Source: a virus (lineage: Duplodnaviria; Caudoviricetes). From it: 25,633 bases of DNA. The stretch is from positions 1-25,633 of IMG/VR virus record IMGVR_UViG_3300045998_000057. One strand, written 5' to 3'. Positions 1-8,203 of the stretch are shown here, one piece after another; position 1 is the stretch's first letter, and every line of letters starts with the position of its first letter. The notes under the pieces were generated by a model that was not told the DNA's origin, searched no databases, and saw nothing but the letters and a program-made list of their open reading frames with translations. A program made the position numbers and the translations under genes.

Positions 1-693
1 GGTGTAGCTGTAGCCGCGCTTCTTGTCGCTGCCGGGGACGTCGACGTCGTGGACCCGGCCCCAGACTTGGACGCGCTTGCCCATCGCGGCGTCCTTGTGC
101 TCCAGCATCTGCTCCGCCAGCCGGCCCTTGCATTGCACGAGGTAGCCGCCCCGCTCACCGCGCAGCCGGAACCCAAGGGCCGACCCGGTCGGGGTCTGCC
201 GCAGCAGGTAGTCCGAGGTCGAGGCATTGCCGGCCTCGACGGTGCCGAAGAAGCTGCCGTCATCCCCCTGCTCCACCTTGCTGGGCAGTGGCCGGGCGGC
301 GTTGCCGGCGGCGCGGTTGCCGTCATCGTCCTCCTCGGCGGCGATGCCCAGCATCGCCTGGATGGCGTAGCGCCGGAGGTAGGTGACGGCGGACCCGAAC
401 GCCTGGATCTCGCCGAGTTGCGGCAGGGCCGTCCGTGACGCCAGCGTCTGCCCAGAGGCGTGGATGAGCATCGTCACCAGCTCGTCGGGGTCGAGCAGCT
501 GGACGAGCGCGAGGTCGTTGTCCGTCAGGGGCTTCCGCACGGCCGCGAGGATGCTGTCGAGCGGCGCATAGGCGAAGTCGTAGGTCCCGCCCGTCTTGGT
601 CTTGACGGTGACCTTCTTGTCGCGCGTGATCGCCGGGAACTGGCCCTGTGCCCGGACCAGCGCGACCGCGAGCTCGTTGAGCGCTTCCGTCAT
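1..693 (-). CDS. ERF-family ssDNA-annealing protein with C-terminal extension (3' end runs off the window)
   Basis: Not in the ORF track; translated by hand from ATG at 693: MTEALNELAVALVRAQGQFPAITRDK...YDFAYAPLDSILAAVRKPL...QAFGSAVTYLRRYAIQAMLGIAAEEDDDG. GSAxTYxRRY and EDDDG are ERF hallmarks. The frame stays open to position 1. Confidence 0.9.
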   Translation of the reverse strand, partial: MTEALNELAVALVRAQGQFPAITRDKKVTVKTKTGGTYDFAYAPLDSILAAVRKPLTDNDLALVQLLDPDELVTMLIHASGQTLASRTALPQLGEIQAFGSAVTYLRRYAIQAMLGIAAEEDDDGNRAAGNAARPLPSKVEQGDDGSFFGTVEAGNASTSDYLLRQTPTGSALGFRLRGERGGYLVQCKGRLAEQMLEHKDAAMGKRVQVWGRVHDVDVPGSDKKRGYSYT

Positions 694-929
694 CTCGTGC
701 CCTCCCGCGCAATCGCGCGTTCGATCGCCTCCTGCGGCGTGGCCCCGCAGCCGACGACGGTCCCGGTCACCTTGCCGTCGATCGAGCGGGTGATCCGCAT
801 CGTGAACGGGCCGCGGCGCGACGAGGCGTAGCCGTAGGCGTAGGCCATACCCTCGAGGGCACGCAGCCGGTCGAGGTCGCCTGCGCCGAGGCGGGCCCGG
901 AAGTTGGACGTCGTGGTGACATGGATCAT
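690..929 (-). CDS. hypothetical protein (79 aa)
   Basis: ATGA-type overlaps at both ends, with the 35-aa ORF upstream and the ERF gene downstream. Confidence 0.7.
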   Translation of the reverse strand: MIHVTTTSNFRARLGAGDLDRLRALEGMAYAYGYASSRRGPFTMRITRSIDGKVTGTVVGCGATPQEAIERAIAREGTR

Positions 930-1033
930 CGCGACAGCCCGGAGCCCGTCCCGCCGCAGCGGGGACAGGTGATGCGCTCGCGACCGGTCCAGATCGTGCC
1001 CTTGCCGCCGCAGCGGGGACAGACGTGACTCAT
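926..1033 (-). CDS. 35-aa DnaJ-type zinc-finger mini-protein
   Basis: Hand translation MSHVCPRCGGKGTIWTGRERITCPRCGGTGSGLSR has two CxxCxGxG motifs. It fills the gap exactly and its stop overlaps the next start. Confidence 0.75.
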   Translation of the reverse strand: MSHVCPRCGGKGTIWTGRERITCPRCGGTGSGLSR

Positions 1034-1037
1034 GCGG

Positions 1038-1265
1038 TCACTCGCCGCTGGTGAGCAGCATCGGGATGCTCGGCGTGCGGCCCGTCATCTTGGCGTACTC
1101 CATCTGGAGCTTGACGATCCTCAGCATCGCGGCGGACGAGTTCACGATCGCATTGGCAACCGCTGGGGTGGCCTCGCCGTCCCGCAGCCGCTGGATGTTC
1201 TCGCCCATTACTTCGAGCAGGTCCTGGGCCGTCGCCGGTGCCTTGCTCTTGCCGTTGGTAGTCAT
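1038..1265 (-). CDS. small helical phage protein (75 aa), partner of the upstream repeat protein
   Basis: ATGA overlap with 1262-1720 and AGGAG upstream. The LRDGEATPAVANAIVNSSAAMLRIVKLQMEY pattern resembles a recurrent small phage protein family (recalled, not searched). Confidence 0.75.
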   Translation of the reverse strand: MTTNGKSKAPATAQDLLEVMGENIQRLRDGEATPAVANAIVNSSAAMLRIVKLQMEYAKMTGRTPSIPMLLTSGE

Positions 1266-1720
1266 GCCCGTTCTCTCCTTGCCCTGATCTCCCGGCGCGC
1301 CTCTTGGATGAGGAGCGCAATCGGTCGCAACTCTTCCGGCAGTCGGTTGATGTGAAACAGCTCGCCCCCTAGTCGAATGCGCTGCGCCGCCAGGTAAGCC
1401 CGTCTCTGTTCGCGATGCGTCGCCCGGTAGGCCGCGTCGTAAGCCCGCTTCTGCTCGCGATGCGTCGCCCGGTAGGCCGCCTCGTACGCCCGTCTCTGCT
1501 CGCGATGCGCCACGTAGTAGGCCGCGTCGTAGGCCCGCTTCTGCTCGCGATAGGCCGCGTCGTAAGCCCGCTTCTGCTCGCGATAGGCCGCGTCGTAAGC
1601 CCGTCTCTGCTCGCGATGCGTCGCCCGGTAGGCCGCCTCGTAAGCCCGTCTCCGCTCGGGATGCGCCGCCCGGTAGGCCGCCTCGTAGGCCCGTCTCTGT
1701 TCGGGGTCTTTGCGTGGCAT
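1262..1720 (-). CDS. R/A/Y-rich tandem-repeat helical protein (152 aa)
   Basis: Repeated REQ[K/R]RAY[D/E]AAY(RATH) units followed by a C-terminal INRLPEELRPIALLIQEARREI segment. TAATG overlap with the upstream gene. Confidence 0.8.
   Translation of the reverse strand: MPRKDPEQRRAYEAAYRAAHPERRRAYEAAYRATHREQRRAYDAAYREQKRAYDAAYREQKRAYDAAYYVAHREQRRAYEAAYRATHREQKRAYDAAYRATHREQRRAYLAAQRIRLGGELFHINRLPEELRPIALLIQEARREIRARRERA
1392..1702. repeat. coding tandem repeat with 33- and 45-bp units
   Basis: Recurrent 'taggccgcgtcgtaagcccgcttctgctcgcga' variants, with or without a 12-bp insert; all units keep frame. Confidence 0.9.
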
Positions 1721-2013
1721 TACCGTCCGTATGCCTCCACGATCTCCCCCGGCGACCAGTCCGCGAGCGGCGCCTCGGCCTCTGCCAGGTCCGCGAGGTC
1801 CGCCATCGTCGCCTCGTGGGCCGCGTCGAGCTGCGCCTCAGTCAGGCGGAACGCGGCGCGGATGGCGAGGTTGGCGGCGACGGTGCTCGCCCAAGCGTGG
1901 GCGACGTCGGGGTCCTTGCCGGGGATGTTGGCGAGGTACTCGGCGCGCGACTCGAGCGCGGCGATGGCCTGGTTGGCCATGAGGAGGTCCATCAGGACGG
2001 GGATGCGTGCCAT
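1720..2013 (-). CDS. hypothetical protein (97 aa)
   Basis: GGGAGG RBS upstream of the ATG, high GC3, and a stop overlapping the next start. Confidence 0.75.
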   Translation of the reverse strand: MARIPVLMDLLMANQAIAALESRAEYLANIPGKDPDVAHAWASTVAANLAIRAAFRLTEAQLDAAHEATMADLADLAEAEAPLADWSPGEIVEAYGR

Positions 2014-2037
2014 GCGTTGTGCCCTCCCTGTGAGGCG

Positions 2038-2079
2038 ACCCCGACGGGGCTGGGAAGCCGCCCTGAGCCCCGTCGGGGT
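2038..2079. terminator. intergenic hairpin (14-bp stem, 14-nt loop); possible terminator or processing site
   Basis: accccgacggggct (2038-2051) pairs with agccccgtcggggt (2066-2079). No U-tract. Confidence 0.45.
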
Positions 2080-2085
2080 ATGGGG

Positions 2086-2319
2086 TCAGTCGTCGATGAC
2101 GCTGACGGGGTGCCTCTCGGCGCCCTGCTCAGGGCCGGGGGAGTGCCCGGACTCCGGGGGCACAACCGAGCCGGGACCGGCCCTGAGCGGGGGGTCGATG
2201 GCGCTGAACGCCTGCGAGATCAGGCGCGAGGTGTGGACCTCGCAGTGGGCGAAGGTGACGGCCGGGTTGCGCGACACGAGCACCTCGCGCCTGCACCCCG
2301 GCGTCGAGCAGGTCGTCAC
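2086..2319 (-). CDS. hypothetical protein (77 aa, Cys/His-containing N-terminus)
   Basis: GTGA overlap with the upstream wHTH gene; CxxPGC...HCxxH pattern. Confidence 0.6.
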   Translation of the reverse strand: MTTCSTPGCRREVLVSRNPAVTFAHCEVHTSRLISQAFSAIDPPLRAGPGSVVPPESGHSPGPEQGAERHPVSVIDD

Positions 2320-2543
2320 AACAGCACCAGCTGCTCGGACTCGTGGAGGACGTAGCAGGCGATCCGTGCGCCGCGCGCCGTCGCCTTGAGGGTGCGCGTG
2401 ATGTCGTAGCCCTCCGCCTGGAGCTCGTAGATCCGGGCCGCGAGGCGTTGGGTACCCACGAGCTCGAGCGCCTCGAGTGGCGTGAGCCCGTCGCCGCCCT
2501 TGGCGCGCAGCACGCGCAGCGTGCGCTCCGTCTGGGGCTTCAT
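2316..2543 (-). CDS. winged helix-turn-helix protein (HTH_39-like)
   Basis: GLTPLEALELVGTQRLAARIYELQAEGYDI is the typical phage small wHTH pattern; ATGA overlap. Confidence 0.85.
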   Translation of the reverse strand: MKPQTERTLRVLRAKGGDGLTPLEALELVGTQRLAARIYELQAEGYDITRTLKATARGARIACYVLHESEQLVLL

Positions 2544-2737
2544 CGCGGCGCCGATGCCTCGATCAGGACGGCGCGCAGGCGATCAGCCTCGAGCTCCGTC
2601 GGGACCACGCCCCGCTCGATGATGGACAGCCGCCCGGAGTTGATGCCGGCGCGGCGCGCCACCTCGTTCATGCTCAGTCCGGGGATCGTCTCGCGCCATG
2701 CTCGCCAGGGGCTCGCGGGCGCCTCTCTCGTCTGCAT
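2540..2737 (-). CDS. XRE/Cro-like HTH regulator (65 aa, probably leaderless)
   Basis: GLSMNEVARRAGINSGRLSIIERG is an XRE HTH. The start is placed at ATG 2737 because a promoter lies directly upstream. Confidence 0.85.
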   Translation of the reverse strand: MQTREAPASPWRAWRETIPGLSMNEVARRAGINSGRLSIIERGVVPTELEADRLRAVLIEASAPR

Positions 2738-2743
2738 AGCGCC

Positions 2744-2772
2744 ACTATGCACCACCGTGGCGCCGTCGTCAA
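2744..2772 (-). promoter_or_regulatory. sigma70-type promoter TTGACG-N17-CATAGT
   Basis: -35 at 2772-2767, -10 at 2749-2744, 17-nt spacer; 6 nt separate the -10 from the ATG. Confidence 0.75.
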
Positions 2773-2803
2773 GACCCGACCGGTACATGGTGCCGGACAT
2801 AGT

Positions 2804-2843
2804 GATACCCCCGCGCCCGGGGGGATGGGGGCGCGGGGGTATC
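2804..2843. terminator. perfect 15-bp inverted repeat ending the structural operon
   Basis: gatacccccgcgccc (2804-2818) pairs with gggcgcgggggtatc (2829-2843), 8 nt past the stop of the last tail-region gene. No U-tract. Confidence 0.6.
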
Positions 2844-2851
2844 GGGGGAGG

Positions 2852-3340
2852 TTAGCGCGCGGTGACGAGTGGCAGCTTCGGTCGCGTCACCTTCGGTCGT
2901 TTGGCCGTGCGTCCCTTGTCGTCGAGGAACAACGGCCGGTCCGGGCCGCCCACCAGGTCGCGGATATCAGCAGGCTGCCCATTGGCCGCGGCGATGCGCT
3001 CGGCGATGGCCGCCTCGATGGTGGCCCGCTCGCGGCGATGGCCGCTGGTCTTGTGGACGAGGGCGGCGATCCGCTTCTTGCCCGCCGGGCCCTCGAGCTC
3101 CACGCGGAAGTCATGGGCACTCGCGCCCAGCCATTCGGGCCACGTCTTGGAGCCCTTGATGGGCTTGCCGGGGTCGCCTGAGTCGACGACCCACACGTCC
3201 GTCATGTCGCCCCCAGCGGCCTCGACGGCCGAGAAGTCGACCAGGCCCGTAACGTTGCCGTCGTCATCGTGCGCGACAGCATGGTCGAGGGTCGCGAGAA
3301 CGTCGCCGTCGGCGTTGTAAGCAAGGAGCATGGACAACAT
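2852..3340 (-). CDS. hypothetical protein downstream of tail tip (possible fibre chaperone/assembly factor)
   Basis: 162 aa, abuts the tail-tip gene; function inferred from position only. Confidence 0.7.
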   Translation of the reverse strand: MLSMLLAYNADGDVLATLDHAVAHDDDGNVTGLVDFSAVEAAGGDMTDVWVVDSGDPGKPIKGSKTWPEWLGASAHDFRVELEGPAGKKRIAALVHKTSGHRRERATIEAAIAERIAAANGQPADIRDLVGGPDRPLFLDDKGRTAKRPKVTRPKLPLVTAR

Positions 3341-5653
3341 TCAGATGCCCGCCTCGATCAGAACGTAGTAGCGCGAGTAGATCGTTTGGCCGTTGAGGTT
3401 GAGGGCATAGTTGGCCGCCCCGACGGTGACGACCAGATACCCTGAGGACACCTTGATGGTCGTGTATCCAAGGCAAGCCCATGTGTCGGCGGTTGTGTAG
3501 ATGGCAGGGATCATTGACGGCCACCGCTCCGTGTTGAAGTTGGCGCCGCTGCCGTACACATTCGCTAGGAAGGCCGGCGGCGTGCTATAGCCGTTGCCCA
3601 AGGCAGTAAGCTGCGTCGTTGTAGTGGCGGAGGTGTTCGCGCCGTCGGGGAACGTCCTCGATGACGTGCCCGTGGCAGCGATCTTGAACATGTTCGACGA
3701 GCCGTCGATGATGACCGTCGCGCCCGCGTTGGTAACGGTGATCGCGCCGTTGGTGACCGTGATGCCCGAGCCGTCGATGGCCACGTCGCCATCGGCCGTG
3801 ATGAGGTCGGCGGGCTCAAGGACCACGTCCTCGAACACGGCCACTTCGGTATCGGCCGGCGTGCCCGCCATGCCGATCTCGATCCGCAGATAGGACACGG
3901 TCCCGTCGTCGGGGACGTCATACTCGCCGTTGTAGTGGGTCTGCGTCGTGCCGGCGTTCGGCCCGGCGAGGATGACGTTGGAGGTGACGGTAGCCTTGGT
4001 CTCGTCTGCCGAGTGGGCGTAGATGTAGGCGCTGGCGCCGCCCGCGACGGCCTTGTTGACCCACCCCGAGAGGCGGTAACGGCGTCCGGCTACGACCGGG
4101 ACGAACTGCACCAGCCGGGGGTTGGCCGTGACGCCGTTGCCCTTGACGCCGGCGACATAGGCGCCCGTCTTGGCGTAGCCCGACGCGGTGAAGCGAGCCG
4201 ATGAGCTGCCCGAGAATGTCCAGCCGATCAGGTTGGTGCCCGAGGTCTGGTAGACGGTGTGCCCATCGCCGTCCGCCTCCTCGAAGGAGCCGTTGACCAT
4301 GAGATTGCCCGTCCCGATCCCGCCCACAAGCATCTTGTCGGCGGTGATGGCCCCGGCCGCGATCTCCGACGCGCTGACAGCGCCGGCGGCGATCTGTGCG
4401 GCCGTGATCGAGTCGGCCACGATATCGGCGCCGTTCACTCCGAGGACCCAGGAGCCGCCGACGTTCTTGTACAGGCGGTGCGTCGTCGAGAGGACGACGT
4501 AGCAGTCGAGCGGGTAGATGGGGTCGGGCAGCGACGGCAGCGAGCCGACGATGATGACCGGCCGGACGGTATCGGCGAATGGCGTGATCGAGAGCGAGCC
4601 GGGCGCGATCAGCCGTCCGGGGATCGCCGAGGGCGCGGCGTTGCTGCTGCTGAACCGCGGCAGGGCCCCCCCGAACTCGACGGTGTAGTGGCGGTTGCCG
4701 GTGCCGGTGAGGTAGCGGCGAGTCACCTTCTGGATGACGAACGTGGCCCCCGAGAGCCCGTGCGCCGCCGAGGTCACGGTGAGCGTCTGCTCCGCTGCCC
4801 AGCCGTCGTTGGGGCTGAGGGTGGTGAACGTGCCGCGCGCGATGGGGTCCTTGGTCTGCGCGAGGGCCGCCGTGGCGTAGGCGTCGCGCTTGCCCGTGGT
4901 ATCGGCATCCGGCGCGTGGAGGTAGCCCTCCCGCCGGCCATAGGCCGAGATGCTGGTGGCGTCGGTGACCCATCCCGAGGCGATGTCATTGGCTCCCTGG
5001 ACGTAGTAGGCATTGACGATCCCGGCGGCGTCGCGCGCGACCTCGATCGTCTCGGGCGCAATCTCCCCGCCACCCGGCGTGCCGACCTTGATCGCGTAGG
5101 GTGCCGCGGTCGGGACGGTCTTGTAATAGTGCAGCTTGCCGGTGGCGTCGACGTAGAACGTCGCCGCGGGATCCGCCAGCGCCGCCACCGCCTCGAGCGC
5201 CGAGCGAAGGCTCATGTTGGTGAACGTCTGCGCGGGGAGTGAGCCGTTGAGCGTGGCGATGCTGGTGTACGTCGTCGACAGCCCGGTGCCGTAGGTCGAG
5301 AGCAGGTGGACGATGCGGTTGTAGTCCGACTCCGCCGTGCGGCTGTCGGAAGGCACGAGCAGCCGATCGAGCAGGAGTCCCTTGCTGACGCACCGCACCT
5401 TGATGACGCGCCCGACCGCCGCCATGGGGACCGGCGTCACCAGCTGGACGAAGCCGCCGAATGTCTGCGCGCCGCCGGACTCGGTGAGGCTCACCGCGGC
5501 GTTCTCGGTGACGGTCAGGCTCCCCGCCGCGTCGACGAGGTCGAAGTCGAGCGTCTCGGAGTCGGCCATCCCCGAGCCCATGAGACTGAGCGTCGCGAGG
5601 TCCAGCTTGGCCGTGACGTCGACGCCGCCGACGAGCAGGGTGGGGATCGCCAT
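3341..5653 (-). CDS. tail tip/hub-fibre protein with carbohydrate-binding-like module
   Basis: Follows the tape measure. N-terminal hub-like region (GIVNAYYVQG...DATSISAYGRRE), IAAGA[V/I]xAxx fibre repeats, and a GNLMVNGSFE start of a CBM4/9-like jelly roll. Confidence 0.8.
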   Translation of the reverse strand: MAIPTLLVGGVDVTAKLDLATLSLMGSGMADSETLDFDLVDAAGSLTVTENAAVSLTESGGAQTFGGFVQLVTPVPMAAVGRVIKVRCVSKGLLLDRLLVPSDSRTAESDYNRIVHLLSTYGTGLSTTYTSIATLNGSLPAQTFTNMSLRSALEAVAALADPAATFYVDATGKLHYYKTVPTAAPYAIKVGTPGGGEIAPETIEVARDAAGIVNAYYVQGANDIASGWVTDATSISAYGRREGYLHAPDADTTGKRDAYATAALAQTKDPIARGTFTTLSPNDGWAAEQTLTVTSAAHGLSGATFVIQKVTRRYLTGTGNRHYTVEFGGALPRFSSSNAAPSAIPGRLIAPGSLSITPFADTVRPVIIVGSLPSLPDPIYPLDCYVVLSTTHRLYKNVGGSWVLGVNGADIVADSITAAQIAAGAVSASEIAAGAITADKMLVGGIGTGNLMVNGSFEEADGDGHTVYQTSGTNLIGWTFSGSSSARFTASGYAKTGAYVAGVKGNGVTANPRLVQFVPVVAGRRYRLSGWVNKAVAGGASAYIYAHSADETKATVTSNVILAGPNAGTTQTHYNGEYDVPDDGTVSYLRIEIGMAGTPADTEVAVFEDVVLEPADLITADGDVAIDGSGITVTNGAITVTNAGATVIIDGSSNMFKIAATGTSSRTFPDGANTSATTTTQLTALGNGYSTPPAFLANVYGSGANFNTERWPSMIPAIYTTADTWACLGYTTIKVSSGYLVVTVGAANYALNLNGQTIYSRYYVLIEAGI

Positions 5654-7452
5654 CAGCGCACCGCCGCGCCGGGCGCCGTCACGCGCCGGTAGTAGAGCTC
5701 ACGGTCGACGACCTCGGCAACCACCCGGCCATCGAGGTTGAGCTGGATCGTGACCGGCGACCCGCCGTCCGGGCTGCCACCGCTGCCACCGCTGCCGCCG
5801 CTGGGCACGACGTAGCCTCCCCTGGCCCCCATGACGAGCGTCTCGGGGCCGGCCTCGCCGACGGTGTAGACGCCGAACGGCACGACCGGACCGCCGGACG
5901 CCCGGCCGCCCTGGTTGTCCGAGCCGACCGACTGCCCGCCGGGCAGTCGCGTGATGCCGTTGAGCAGGCGCGCCGCCTTGTAGGCATCGAGCAGCTCGTT
6001 CGTGACCTTCTTGCCGGCCGCCCGCAGGCGCTCCATGTTGCGCAGAATGTCCTGCAACGAGACGCCGTCGAGGCCGTCGAGTGCGGCCTGCGTCTTGAGG
6101 ATCTCCTCCTTGTTCTGCGAGAGCCTGAGCCGCGTGTCGATGAGGTCCTTGCGCTGCTCGTCAGTCGTGATGCCTTGCTTGTTGAGCTCGTTGATGTGGT
6201 CCGTCAGCAGGCGCGTCTCGACCTTGAGAGACGCGAGCTTGAGCGCGAGCTGCTCGGCCTTGAAGGCGTTCTCGACCTGCACCCCGAGCGCGCGGTCAAG
6301 GCTGTCGCGGAAGTCGTCGAGCTGCTTGGCTGCATCCCCTGCCGCCTTGGCGATGTCCTCCATCGGCGTCGCCAGTGCCGACGTGGGACCGTGTGACTTG
6401 GCCGCCGCATCCCCGGCGAGCTGGTGCGCCCTGGCGCGCTCCTTCTCCGCCCGCGTGAGATCCTCGGCGGACTGCGTATCCGCCTGCTGCGCCTCGGCGA
6501 GCCTGTTGAGCTCGTTTGTCGCCACCTTGACGGGGCCGCCCGTCAGGTTATCGAGCGTGAGGCCGAGGACCTGGAAGATCGTCTCGTTCTCCTTGGCCCA
6601 CTGCACCGTGCCCTTGAGTGCGGGGACGAGGTCGTCGCGCGCCCACTGGGCCAGCTCGACGGCGACCGGCAGGAGCTCCTTGCCGATCGAGACGGTGAGG
6701 TCATCCAGCTGCGCGTTGAGTGACTTCTGGATGCTTGCGAGGTTGTCGCTGTCGCGCCCGAAGGCCCCCTGCGACGCGGCCGTCTGCTCGAGGATCAGCT
6801 GGTACCGCGCCATCGTCAGCTGCGCGGTCGTGAACGTCCTGTCGACCGGCACCATGCCCATCGCGAGGGCCTTGGCCTTGACCTCGGTCGCGGTGAGGGA
6901 CACGCCGAACTTCTGCAGCCCCTCGGTCTGGCCCAGCAGCCCGGACCTGAGGGCGTTGGCGGCCTGCTCGCTCGAGGTGTGGAATGCCGCCCCGAGGTCC
7001 GCCGCGCGCTCGGTGAGGTCCATCGAGCGCTTGGCCGCCTCGTCCATCGAGAGGCCGGCGTTGGTGAGGGCCGTCCCGAAGGAGGATGCGAAGTCGATCG
7101 CGGCCGTCTTGCTGGTCCCGAACCGATCCGCGGCCGAGTTGGCCCACGCGATGATCGAGTAGGTGCTGTCGCCGAACGTCTGCTCGGCGAGCGCCATCGC
7201 GTCCTGCGCCCGGGACGCCGCCTCGACGGCCTTGAAGCCGAAGTCGACGACCGCGCTCGCGGCGCCCGAGACCATGCTCCCGATCATCTCGAACGCCTTG
7301 GCGCCGATGCCGAGGCCGACGCCCTTGAGGACGGTCTGCGCGCCGGTGCTCTCGACGGTCTTGTCGAGCTCGCCGCGGAAGTCCTTGATCTCCTTCCCCG
7401 CCGCCGCCGCCCCGTCGACGCCGACGGCGACGCGGATGCTGTTTGCTGCCAT
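5653..7452 (-). CDS. tape measure protein (599 aa)
   Basis: Ala-rich and helical; contains AADLGAAF...ALRSGLLGQTEGLQKFGV and a C-terminal GGRASGGPV...VGEAGPE motif. Confidence 0.92.
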   Translation of the reverse strand: MAANSIRVAVGVDGAAAAGKEIKDFRGELDKTVESTGAQTVLKGVGLGIGAKAFEMIGSMVSGAASAVVDFGFKAVEAASRAQDAMALAEQTFGDSTYSIIAWANSAADRFGTSKTAAIDFASSFGTALTNAGLSMDEAAKRSMDLTERAADLGAAFHTSSEQAANALRSGLLGQTEGLQKFGVSLTATEVKAKALAMGMVPVDRTFTTAQLTMARYQLILEQTAASQGAFGRDSDNLASIQKSLNAQLDDLTVSIGKELLPVAVELAQWARDDLVPALKGTVQWAKENETIFQVLGLTLDNLTGGPVKVATNELNRLAEAQQADTQSAEDLTRAEKERARAHQLAGDAAAKSHGPTSALATPMEDIAKAAGDAAKQLDDFRDSLDRALGVQVENAFKAEQLALKLASLKVETRLLTDHINELNKQGITTDEQRKDLIDTRLRLSQNKEEILKTQAALDGLDGVSLQDILRNMERLRAAGKKVTNELLDAYKAARLLNGITRLPGGQSVGSDNQGGRASGGPVVPFGVYTVGEAGPETLVMGARGGYVVPSGGSGGSGGSPDGGSPVTIQLNLDGRVVAEVVDRELYYRRVTAPGAAVR

Positions 7453-7983
7453 CTACTTGAGCCCCTTGAGCAGGTCGGCCGCGTTGTCGGTGATGATCTG
7501 GACCATCCGCCACTTGGCATCGGCGAAGGGGTGCGCGCGCAGCTCGATGCCCTGCATCGAGCCGATGTACCGGCCGATCCGGCGGTTGGCGGCGGACATC
7601 GCGGTCCCCCTGTCGGGCGAGTCGTGGAACACGCGCGTCACCTGCGATAGGCGCCTGCCGGCGAGGCTGGCCTGGACGCGCCGCGCGATGGCGCCGGTGG
7701 GTCGCCTCTCCGAGATGCCGGCATGGGCCGAGACGACCGCCGTCGCCCGCCATTCCTTGCCGGCGGCGGACGCGGTGACGCCCCGGATGTACTCCGCCGA
7801 GATCGGCTTGCCGGACGCCCTGGTCGGGGCGTTCTCGATGCCCACCGTGACGATCGCCTCGCCGCGTTGGGCGACCTTGACCATCAGGTCGTGGACATTC
7901 CGGTCGAAGGTCTTGCGGACGTCGGGGTCCGTCAGGAACGGCCCTTCAACGTGGACCATGTACGGGGAGTCGCGCCTACTCAT
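7453..7983 (-). CDS. probable tail-completion / HK97 gp10-like protein
   Basis: Basic 176-aa protein with a C-terminal AHPF...; lies between chaperone and tape measure. The family call is tentative. Confidence 0.5.
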   Translation of the reverse strand: MSRRDSPYMVHVEGPFLTDPDVRKTFDRNVHDLMVKVAQRGEAIVTVGIENAPTRASGKPISAEYIRGVTASAAGKEWRATAVVSAHAGISERRPTGAIARRVQASLAGRRLSQVTRVFHDSPDRGTAMSAANRRIGRYIGSMQGIELRAHPFADAKWRMVQIITDNAADLLKGLK

Positions 7984-8203
7984 CGGTCCTCACGCTGCTC
8001 TCCATGCGGCTGTACTCCAGGCAACGGATGACCCAGACGGTCGGCGGTTGGTCGATGGGGTATCCCTCGAAGACCCACGGCGGGATGCCCATCCTCGCCG
8101 CCAGCTGCCAGAGCGCGTAGTCGAACGGGACCGCCTGCGGCTGGTCAGGCCGGAGCGCGGCTGCGCTCAGGGCTCGTCGGAGCCGGTCCCGGTCGCCGGG
8201 GGG
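7976..8203 (-). CDS. tail assembly chaperone C-terminal extension, reached by -1 frameshift
   Basis: The -1 frame relative to 8167-8469 encodes ...DYALWQLAARMGIPPWVFE..., and a slippery C CCC CCG lies at 8203-8197. Confidence 0.7.
   Translation of the reverse strand, partial: PPGDRDRLRRALSAAALRPDQPQAVPFDYALWQLAARMGIPPWVFEGYPIDQPPTVWVIRCLEYSRMESSVRTDE

Noticed and set aside
1392-1702. Regular repeats resembling a CRISPR array
   Set aside because: There are no unique spacers, unit lengths are multiples of 3 within an ORF, and variation is largely synonymous or conservative.
2014-2085. Structured ncRNA or tRNA in the intergenic gap
   Set aside because: Only one hairpin is supportable; there is no cloverleaf or recognisable RNA motif.
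5770-5805. 9-bp tandem repeat (ccgctgcca)
   Set aside because: It encodes an ordinary GGS linker in the tape measure C-terminus.
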